A stretch of DNA of 57,647 nucleotides, counting the filler, from Sphacelaria rigidula (taxonomy: Eukaryota): assembly GCA_964200075.2 (NCBI GenBank). It is 8 parts of 8 records of this genome, joined end to end, with 100 filler letters (N's around TTAATTAATTAA, not from the genome) between each part and the next. Parts side by side here need not be neighbours in the genome. Positions count along the whole stretch, not along the records: positions 7,220 to 14,338 come from CAXNAA020016392.1; positions 14,439 to 21,557 come from CAXNAA020016393.1; positions 21,658 to 28,775 come from CAXNAA020016394.1; 5 more parts are not named here. The stretch is one strand, 5' to 3'. The position numbers and the translations under genes were made by a program. Within the stretch, counting starts at the first letter, position 1; the number at the start of each line of letters is the position of its first letter. The notes beneath the pieces were generated by a model that worked only from the letters and a program-made list of their open reading frames with translations, had not been told where the DNA came from and did no database searches. Shown in pieces: positions 11,330-21,709 of the stretch.

Positions 11330-12170
11330 TCTGTCAGATCAGGTAGATTTGGATGATATGTATTTCCGAGCATTTTCGACTGTCTTCCTACTCCGCCGCG
11401 TACCCGCATCGACGCGGAAGCATCGAACCTGGTCATCCGAGCAATTCACTGGGGTGATGAGTCTGCCGGCAAGGCAGCTGTAAGCTCTCTGCCAGCTCGT
11501 GTGATTGGTAAGGTGTCGGTGGATTTCTTAACCAGGGCGAGAAGCCACCGACACCTTTCCACTCGTACGAGCTAACAGAGGGATCTAATTGACCCCAAAT
11601 GATGCATCCTGGTGGACTCCTCATCTCTTTCAACTGCTTGAACAATAAGCTTCACCGCTCCAGCTTCGATACGGGTGCGCGACAGAGCAAGCACGGCAGG
11701 AAAACAATCCAAAATGTTCCCAACCGACCCCTCAGTCCACCTAATCTGAGAGGAGCACCTCCGTCTAGGTCGAAATAAGGCTCAAATGATGCGCACATGC
11801 ACTCGGTTTCAGATATATATATATATATATATAGCTCTATATATTAATTTTGTTTTTCGGGTAAATCGGTGGGAATTTAAATGAAAACAAAGTAGTGTAT
11901 CTAATTACCCCGCGTCACTTGAGGTGATTCAGGGCAAGAATATACCGACGACACATTTCCAATAACACCAACTGATGGAGAGCTCCGATTGATCTCAATT
12001 TTCCCAGCTTCATTTTTGATACACTCATCATCCCTCTGAATTGCTTCCACAACCAGCCTACACGCTCCTGCGTTGATACGAGTGCGCGGCAAAATGGGAA
12101 GATAGTCCAAACATTTATGAAAACACATCAATTTCCACCTATTTTAACAGAAGCGCCACTGTTTAGGGTT
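11330..12170. pseudogene. Three diverged copies of an unidentified coding module (one +, two -), possibly retroelement C-terminal relics
   Basis: +11370 IFDCLPTPPRTRIDAEASNLVIRAIHWGDES; -11720 ILDCFPAVLALSRTRIEAGAVKLIVQAVERDEES; -12110 LDYLPILPRTRINAGACRLVVEAIQRDDEC. Many differences fall at third codon positions. Confidence 0.5.
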
Positions 12171-12272
12171 AATCGTAGCCCAAAGGATGCACACATGCAG
12201 TTCGGCTTCATGTGTATTTTTACGTGCATGTACCAAGTTTGGAAAAATTGGCGTGAAGTTGGGGGAGGGGGG

Positions 12273-13852
12273 CGTACTCATTTGTTGCTTGCCTTGGTCG
12301 TTTGACCATTGTCCACGCATCCCTTTCGAGACGGAGCACCGTTCCTACTCTTGATAGAGACATCTTCAACATTCCGGCGCTCATTTCGTTTCTTCAAAAG
12401 CTCATAACGTTTCTTCCATACATGACACAAAAAACTTTTACATATCATCTCCCCGTCCTGTTTCGCCGTCTCTGGCCATAGTCTATCTCCTAGTATAGCC
12501 ATCGTTTTTTTCCTACTGTCAAACGCATCAAACGATTTCATACCACCTTCGTTCACATCCCGCTATTCCCCCTCTAGCACGTCCCGTTCCTCCTTGTATA
12601 GTTCACATTTAGCCACTATATGATTTCTGCTATCTATTGCTTTGCCACAGAGGCAGTTCTATCCATCTTCTTCCCCCTCCTTTCGATGACTGGTATATCT
12701 CTTTCTTCTTTCTGGCAGGTCCAGGTCCCCCACCCGAAATTGCAATTTCGCATTTTTTGCAGCGTCCATGGGGCCATGCAAATATGCTTTCATTCCGATC
12801 CTTTCTCCCAACCACCCGTATATTTCCAGATGTTCTTCCTCGTCTACCTTGCGTCTGAGCGCTCCTTTTCCCCTTATTTCGATCATGTCTCTTACTGCTG
12901 CCTTGTACCTTGCGTCTTCAACTATAGACAGTATTTCGTCTTGATTTCTTCCAACCTCCTTCCATATTATCTCGACTTCTCTATCCCACCTTATAGCACG
13001 CCCTTTTGTACTTTTCTTCCATACAGCCCTATCAACTATAGCTGGCAATCTCTTTCTCTACAAATTCTGTGCGCTATACTGCCGTCGCAATTTCCTCATG
13101 TCTCTGTTTGTTTTAAGTGAGTACATCCCCAACTCTGCTCTCAGAACGGTATTACTCATCGTTTTCGAGCATGCAAGGATCTTCTTAGCTGCTGTCATCT
13201 GTACTGTTTCTAACCTCTCCACCAATTTCAAGTTTCCCTCCCATACTTATCCTGCATATTCCAGACTCGGTACGATCACGTTCATCAGGATACATCTCTT
13301 GATCCTAGTGTCTAGGTGCGGGTCTCTGAGGATCACGTCCAACCTGCCTACCTGTGCCTTATTCTTTTCTATTACTTTGTTTATGTGTGCATCCCATGAA
13401 CAGTTTCTTGAGATCTCCACGCCAAGGTATGTATAGTGGTCTACGATCGGCAGTTCCTCTTCTCCCCACTTCCACTTGAACTCTGCCGGATTTTTCTTAT
13501 CTTCGTCACAGACGAGTACCGCGCATTTGTTGACGTTCTCTGTCACTCTCCATTTTCTAGTGTATTCTGGCGCCTTGTCGATCTGTGTCTGTAGTCCTCC
13601 TGGTGTTCCTGAAATCCCCTCAAAGTCATCCGCGAACATCAATCCTGATACCATATCCTCACCCACCTAAACCCCTTGCTCTGCTGCTTCTATTGCTATC
13701 ATCAAGTCATTAATGAACACGAGCTGGAGTGTTGCAATCAGCTACGTAATGCGCGATCATCATCTATCTTTCTTGTCTTTGTTCGTGCTTGTGTTCGTGT
13801 TTGTGTTTGTGTTTGTCGTTATTGCGTTGTTACTGCTGTTGTTGTTTGTTCC

Positions 13853-13886
<34 letters not shown>

Positions 13887-14072
13887 GGTGGTGGTGGTGA
13901 TTTTCGTTGTTATCGCTGCCCCCTTTCTTTCCTTTCTGAGGCCGTCGCTTCTGTCGTTTTCTCTGTTCATGTCTTTTCTTTTTTGTATTTTTATTATTCT
14001 GTTCTATTTTTGCTGCTCCTGACCATGGGCTGGATTGTTGCAATCAGCTAATGTGAGATAATCAATCCATCC

Positions 14073-14106
<34 letters not shown>

Positions 14107-14338
14107 TACCTTGAATAAAGTGGGTGATAACGTACATCCTTGTGCAACTCCTTGTGAGATATCGAAATATTTCGATATTTCCCCGTCTAGCTCCTTGCCG
14201 GTTTCGACTTCGTCCAATTGTTTCCGGGCGCTGTGCCCCCTCTCTTTCCCCTTCCGGCCATTTACCTGTTCCTGCCTCTCTTTCCCTCCGTTTGCCCGTG
14301 CACTACGCCTTAGGTTTGATATTCCGTTAGCAATGCAT
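12273..14338 (-). mobile_element. Degenerate LINE (non-LTR retrotransposon), RT and C-terminal region, family 1
   Basis: GVAQGCTLSPTLFKVF (~14105-14155), GLMFADDF, YTYLGV, KRCILMNVIVPSLEYA. The ORF ends ...GCVDNGQTTKASNK* followed by GTACG and a C-tract. Frameshifts and stops present. Confidence 0.92.
13715..14104 (+). mobile_element. Nested retroposon 3' end with (GTT)n and (TCAA)n tail inside the LINE RT
   Basis: Splits RT motif LFKVF|INDL. Carries two copies of GCTGGA(G/T)TGTTGCAATCAGCTA, a (GTT)n run at ~13853-13886 and a terminal (TCAA)n. Confidence 0.65.
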
Positions 14339-14904
14339 NNNNNNNNNNNNNNNNNNNNNNNNNNNNNNNNNNNNNNNNNNNNTTAATTAATTAANNNNNN
14401 NNNNNNNNNNNNNNNNNNNNNNNNNNNNNNNNNNNNNNGTAGTTATTACTATCAATGGCTATCGATTGCAGGGTTGGGAATCGTGTTTAAAAAGCAGCGC
14501 TTATCCCACTCGAAACATTCGACATATTGATATCTCAATTCCTATTAAAATATGTCAAAAAAAGCGTATTGTAAAGCAGCGACAATCGACAGGCAAACCG
14601 AAGGGTCAATCGATTGGTATAATACCTATCGACCTGTGGTCCCCACCAAGGTATTGCAACGCAATACCCTATTGTTCCGACTAGGGAAAACACGCTGATT
14701 TCAGAAATAATCATTGATATAAATCCTGGGTGACATATTGAAACAAAAATAGGCACTGATTGAACAAACTAAAAGCTATCTAATTTAGGAACATATATCG
14801 ATAGAATAATTCACGACCTATCGGCGTACACAATAGATATCTATCTCCGATGTCGTGTACTATTGAATGGACGAATAACCTATCAAATAGGATATTATCC
14901 AGGG

Positions 14905-15080
14905 TGTGATATATATATGTATATGATATATGACGTATGTGGAGCATATATAATGTATAACATATATATAACATATGACGTACATTATATGTCACACATA
15001 ATATATATTACATATGATGTACACTTTATGTTATATATGATATGTCGTACATGATATGCCATATATGATATAATATATGA
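14905..15080. repeat. AT-rich low-complexity degenerate (ATAT)n region
   Basis: Direct reading. Confidence 0.85.
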
Positions 15081-16971
15081 GGATCTCTACTGTCCAAGGC
15101 AGCTGACCGCATCCGCCAACTCTTCGGCAATGAACCAGGGGACACCAGGCTGAGTGTCCCCCCCCTGTCCCCCTCAAACCCCTCGACAACTCCAATTTTC
15201 GATCTTGGGGCCCACATGTCCTGATCTTAGTCTTTCGATGCCCCCTGGTACCGACAAAATAGAACATCGGCAGCATGCTTCAAGCTTTGATGTTCAGATG
15301 CCAACAATGTATATTTGTATGTCACCAACCAAGAAGAAAACACACGAAGCTTAAAATAATTTGAATGTCGAGACTGATGGATGAAGGGGGAGATAGGTCA
15401 AACACTCGTCAAACATGATCGCGCTTTTCTTTTCGAACGAAAGAATGGGGCGGTGGGGTCAATCTGCACGGAAAGCTCTCGTTTTGATTCAGTTGGCTGC
15501 AGATGAATTTTCAAGCTTTCGATCGAAAATATACAGCGAAGAGCGTTATACGGCACATGGTCACTCGTGTACAGTACAGACAGCCGGTACTGGCTGAAGT
15601 CCTTATAAGCAGGGTAAGTTGAGTGCGTGCGTGTGTTTCGTGCAGGAAGATGTAGAGGAGAAGCAGGTAACGTGCCGCAGATGGCGTAGGGCTATATTTT
15701 CTCTCTGTTTAGAAGGGAATGCGAAAAGGACTTTAGCAACGTGAAGCTTTGTACTGCCTGCATTGTTCATGAGCGTGCTCGCAACTCGGTTGCCCACCGC
15801 ACGACGTAGTTCCGTCGCTGATCACTACCATGAGAGAAGACGTGCAAGTTCTCGCCAACAAAAAATAAACAAAGCACACCCGACTACTGCAGTGCATCTA
15901 TCTATCCCTGTGCTCAACTCGTGCTCAATGCTGCAGGGTTGAGGTGGTAGCCGAGAATGAGTTGGATGTTGTTTGCATGGTCCTGTGAACAGGTGTTACT
16001 CGGCGTTGTGGTCTGCAAGATAGGAGTCAAGTTGTCAAGAAGTACCGCTTCGCGCCTGTCGACCGCATATTTTCGATCGAAAACGATTGTTTTCGACCTC
16101 GTTGCATTCTTCTCCGGTCGACGCTCATTACAGTTTGGAGTTGAAGCCGCCAAGAGACATGAATGCGGTGGGCTTATGAGATGGGCAAAAACGATTTCGA
16201 CCGCACTTTTTCGATCGAAAATAAAGGGCGAAGACACGCCCTACTTTTACACGCAAGAGAACGTCAACGTCGAACAGCGCCCGTTAGGAGCAGAAGAAAA
16301 ATGCGCAGCCTTCGCCGGCGGTTGCGCAGGCGGGGGCCTAGGATGTTTTTCGGTGACAGTCACAAGCGTCCGCAGACATATGTCAGTTCCCACCGAGGGT
16401 ACGTGTTTTTCGCTCTAACGTTTCCCTTTCCTTCAAACACAGGCCTGTTGGGTCGAGACATTCAGACACGGAGCCCCCCCCCCCCCCCCCTCCTTTTCCC
16501 GTGTGCCAATTGATCGGAAGTTGTCGTGAAGCTTGCCTTAGCTTTCATTGATGTAATTACGGGAGCTATCGGACAAATGTTGACATAAATCGCAAGACCT
16601 GGCGGCCTTCGCGAGGTAGCGATATCACCCCGTGATCATCGCCCGCTCTGCCCCCGATGCTCAAGGATGTCGACCAATATCTCCAACATACATATTCACC
16701 ACCACACGGTTGCGACAGCCTTCACCCTGAGTAGCAATATTACTAGCTGACGCCTTGCCGAACTCCCCGGACTACTGATAGGTACTCGAGTCGCACGAAA
16801 CCGAACATGTTCCCATAAATGTAACGATGGTGGGCGATGAGCTTGCGGCCGGCAGCTTAACCGCCAACCCCGGGGTCTCGATGCCGAGCATCTCCATACA
16901 CAGCGCCTCAGCCACAAAATAAGGGGAAAGGGTATCCCCCCTCCCTCAAGGGCTCTAGTTTCCGATATTAA

Positions 16972-17131
16972 CATTTGTGTAATGTATGGAAAAGACGTAA
17001 TGAGATTATGAAAACCCTAACGAGCGCCAGAATGTTGGAGGTGTCTCTGTCACGAGTAGGGACGGTGCTCCGTTTTTCAAGAGATTCGTGGTCAACGGTC
17101 GAACGACCAACGCAAGCAACAAATGGGTACG
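16972..17131 (+). mobile_element. 5'-truncated copy of LINE family 1 with ~33-bp TSD starting at a C-tract
   Basis: Matches the reverse complement of 12273-12435. Flanks are CCCCCCTCCCTCAAGGGCTCTAGTTTCCGATATTAA (16936-16971) and CCCCCCCCCTCAACGCTCTAGTTCCGATATTAA (17132-17164). Confidence 0.85.
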
Positions 17132-19397
17132 CCCCCCCCCTCAACGCTCTAGTTCCGATATTAAGGCCTACGTCTCGAAAACCCTGCTCGCGTACACCAC
17201 CCCTGGGCTCGTGTATGCGCTCGTTCCCCTTGCACGTTCTGTCCCGATGTACTCGGATGTCGACCACGCACACACACATGATTATACATGACCGCACAGT
17301 ATCGACAGCCTGTTGTCGAAACGACGGCATTCGCTCACGCGTCTCCAAACTCTCGCGCACCACTAGTACGTAATCGAGACACAAGTGACGGCACCTGATC
17401 CCATAAATATACACGACACATTTCGGGTAACTGCAGGTGGGGTTGGGGGGGGCGCCCTGTCCGAAGTCTCAGCGACCTCGATTCCAAGGATCTCTCCGCA
17501 CTGCAGGTGACCGCACCTGCGGACGCCCCGAGCCCAAGTACAGGAAAGCCGCCTAAGATTCTTCCACTCCCCACTCTCGAGAACTAGAAATGCCCAACTT
17601 TAAGCATCCGTGCCCAACGTGTAAACTTCAATAAAACCACCGGCCTGAGTCCTGAAACTCATCACCATACACAATATGACGGAATGCAAACGCTCTCGCC
17701 TAGCCGTCGTTGTGAACATCGCAGGATTACAGACCATCGCTGTGGGCGAAAATCACGACCCCCCCCCCCCCAACCACCCAACAGGCACACACGCCATGCC
17801 CACCACGATCGCCAATGTCGACCTCGGCACTACGGGTACCGCCGTGATGCTGCTCCAATGATCGCGTGCTGATCGGCCACCATATGAGCCTATTCCCGAA
17901 ATTGCAGCGTTACAGCGTTAATGACAGTAAAAGTAACCGCCGGAACAGACGTTCCGGCCGAAAGCGAAGTATTTCAAGTGATGAGAGAAGGCTGAACGCG
18001 CATCCCGCCACATCTGAAAAATGCAGATGGTGGGGATAGGAACGTGCGGTCCAAGAATTGGCCTTCCCGTCCAACTGTGGTCTCAATATTACGTTTTGTA
18101 CGGAAGACGCAGACGGCGATGCCCTTTAACTCGACACACACTTCTTTCTGCTGTACACGCAGGACCTGGACTCGTGGGGACCACCTCCACTCGAATTCAT
18201 GGACGCAAAGCCCAATTTCATCGCGATGCAGGGACAAACACGCTGCGGGATAATTTGCGCCATACTGCGCCGGCGCTTCAATTTGACAGCGGGCTGCGCG
18301 GGGGTAGTGGATAGCTTCACGGGTCCGTGGGACGAAGGTAAGCGTATCTCCTGAATCACACCACATTGTACCAATGTATACCCCACATGGATGCGTCTCC
18401 ATCAATAACGTTGATATCCTCCAACCGCGATTGACGTAGACAGGTATATGCGAGCTTCAGTGCTCGCCGCCCGTGGCCAATCAATCGTCTCACATTCGGA
18501 GTCTGTCACAAGAATGTACAAGACGTAGTCTACATTCATTGCGCCGGAATGATGCCGTTGCAACAAAAATACGCGGCACAACCTGTTGCGGCTCGACGGA
18601 ACTACGGAGCATGTTGTGCCGTTTAAGTGGCATGCGGAGTACAAGGTCCCTCGGCGGCCTTCTGCCGAAGGTGATCCCTTCTTGACCGGGCCACGGCTGA
18701 CGCGTCAGGAGCTGCGAAGGCCTCGTGTGATGTGGGGTGAAATGATTGTTCGAGAAGCATGAAAGGTTTGGCGCTGATTTCGCCGGGAGGGTTGGCGGGG
18801 AGACGGTGAAGAATACGTGAGCGCGAACGGGTCGGGCCGTCACTGTGTAATCACGAACAATGAATAGTGTGGGGGAAGGTATCGAGTGCACCGTAATAAA
18901 CGTACACCCGATTTTCGCTGCAGGCGGCACAGTTGCTTTTGTAAAACAAGCATTATACACAGAATAAAAAAAAACGCCGCATGACAAGAAAATGTCACGA
19001 TTAGTGGTGCCGGACAGCGGTGATTCACGATAGCAAAAATCCAAAAGGGTGGGGGGGGGGGGGGGGCAACCCGAGTGAACACTTGAACTCGATTCCTGAT
19101 GCGAAGGAAACATGTTCTACCAATAGAGTATGAGCGGGAGGAGAATGCGCCTACTAGTGGGAAGAGCATGTACCGACATACACTGTATTACGACAATTTT
19201 ATGCCCAATCCAGCTCTTCAAATTTTATTTGAAACGCTTCGAAAGGCAACCCTGGATTCCTGTGATATACCCGTTATTTATGCTGGTAACAGCGAGCTAT
19301 ATAACAACATGATAACGGCGAACGCCGCGCCCACTAAACGTTTATACCGGGAAATTGTACGCCATAACTCACCGGGCCCACGAGAGACTCGCCCCCC

Positions 19398-19479
19398 TGC
19401 AAAGCATGAGAGGACCGCGTACTTAGGGGACCACATCGGAATTTGAGCATCCCTATGGTTACGGTCATAGGGTTAGGGT
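19398..19479. mobile_element. Partial third copy of the telomeric-repeat MITE
   Basis: TGCAAAGCATGAGAGGACCGCGTACTTAGGGGACC...CATCCCTATGGTTACGGTCATAGGGTTAGGG aligns with the 5719 copy. Confidence 0.7.
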
Positions 19480-19622
19480 GAATCATTCATTCCGTGCTTT
19501 TCGATGGCCGCGCCAGTGCACGATGTTTCGGTGCAAAGACGCGCCCGACGCTGCCGGTGATTGTCACCGCTCGAAGGTGACTCTCCGTTGTCTTTCGAGC
19601 GCATCTTATTTGTGATGGTTGA

Positions 19623-19878
19623 GAGCAATGCTACGGTAGGGGTGCACTTTTTCGCGAAATGTTGTCTAGTTCAGGGGCTCCTCACGATTCTAGATGCACG
19701 AAAATATGGATCAGGGCATCCCCGCTTGCAAATTTATTCGGAATATCCCTAGCACATTGGAAAAGTAATCCTGGCGTACTTTCACATATTTTCATAGGTC
19801 TTGTTTTGCATGAGATAAAGGGCTCCTAACAATTCTAAACTCAGAAAATATTTCTGCACCCCTACCGTAGCATCACTC
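19623..19878. mobile_element. Sola2-like MITE, copy A (TSD TTGA)
   Basis: TIR GAGCAATGCTACGGTAGGGGTGCA...TGCACCCCTACCGTAGCATCACTC; TTGA on both sides. Confidence 0.8.
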
Positions 19879-21657
19879 TTGAGGCAAAGCTGAGCATATA
19901 GTGCGTCGTCGTGGTTCGTGAGGAGATCGGATGTTGTGACGAGGTAGGATGCAGGTATGATTCGTCGCTGTTCTCGGGTATTACCCGGCTGTGGTCCAGT
20001 ATTTGATACACTGTATGATTACAGTGTCCACTCACGACAGACTATCTCTGTGCACCCGCGCTTCCTTACGGTTCAAACCTTTCGGAACCCGGGGCTGAGT
20101 TTCGTTCTTGCGAATCGGCATCATTTTGACTGATGCTCACGACAGACTATCACCGTCCAAACGCTCATAACTATCGTTTCAGCTCACGATCGATGATCTC
20201 TGTGCGCCCGCTTGAAACTTAGCACCCGATGCTGCGGGTGGTTTTGACCGCTTGATGGTGATTCTCTCTCGTTTCCCGAGCGCTGCTTTTTATCCTTGAT
20301 TGGGGAGAAGCTGAGCATGTCGTGTGTGATTCTGGCTGCTGAGATTTGATGTTGCGACGGAGCAGGATGCAGGTATGATCCGTCAGTGTCCTCCAGTATG
20401 ATCCGGGTGTGACTCCGAACGTAATCCACGGTATGACTACATTTCACCTCACGACAGACTATCTTTGTGCGCGCGCTCTACATATATGTAGGAAGTAAGG
20501 ACGTGCGAGGAATTCGACGGAGCTTACGCGGTTCCGTATGCAACGACTGTACAAGGTTCCCCTTGGAGAGGTTGATACGGGCCTCGCGGGGGTCACGCGA
20601 GTCGAAAATGTATGGTGAAAGCCCCTTCTCAAAGAAGGGGATTACACCCTTTTCCAAATTTCCCTTCTCGAACCCCCGTAAAACGGTACAAAAGTAAACA
20701 ATAAAAACATATGAATTTGCGTAATGACCCATAATAGCACAGTTGTGCCAAATTTCGGGGTCGAACTCCTTCAAAAGGAGCGAAGGTGTTGCGCGTTCGT
20801 GCGATGAACGTCGTCGTCCCACCGTCAAACGGCAAACTACTAGATTTGGGTATTGAAATGGCGTTTTGGGGTATTCTTTGACGTGAACATGAAAACTCAA
20901 GCACCAGTTAATCGAGTTTGGTCACGAAACGTTGCAGAGTTCTCCGTTGGGTTTTGCGGCGACAGAGCGTGTGCGAAAAACTTGGAAAAGCTATCGTAGT
21001 GCCGGTTTCCCGGGGTCCCAGGTTGGACGACTTCGAAGAAGCGACTTGGAACCCGTCGGCCTCCCGAGAAACGGAAAAATAATGAAGAATTATAAAACAC
21101 GCGCAGATCGAAAGTTGCGTAATGATTTATAACACATCTGTGCAAAGTTTCAGCGTCGAACTAGTAATAAATGCGTGAAGATTAGCGCGTCTGTGCCAGG
21201 ATGCGAACATGACACGTGCAAACTCCAAATCACTTCGTTCGGGTATGCAAACATCTTGTAGGGTGGGTTTATCGTCAAGACAGGAAACATTGTCTCAGGT
21301 TTTTGACTTTCTCCGCCAAACTTCGTACATGTGTTCCTTGGACCATCCAGGGGCGCATCGTGGTATCTTTTTGTCTTTAGCGTCATTCTCTGTACCGTCT
21401 TCTGGGGGTCTTTCAACTGGCACCCCCGGAAGCCAGAAGAGGAAGTAGAAACACTGAACCCTTGCCAAGAACACATTTGTTTTTATTCGAAGCGAGTCAT
21501 CCTACGATAGGGGGGGGGGGGTATTTTGGGCCATGTGTTTCTCGAAATTTCGAGACANNNNNNNNNNNNNNNNNNNNNNNNNNNNNNNNNNNNNNNNNNN
21601 NTTAATTAATTAANNNNNNNNNNNNNNNNNNNNNNNNNNNNNNNNNNNNNNNNNNNN

Positions 21658-21709
21658 TTTGTGGCTTGCCTTAGTCGTTTGACCATTGACCACGCATCTC
21701 TTTCGAGAC
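21658..21709 (-). mobile_element. Short LINE family 1 3'-end copy
   Basis: GCTTGCCTTAGTCGTTTGACCATTGACCACGCATCTCTTTCGAGAC next to a G-run. Confidence 0.75.
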
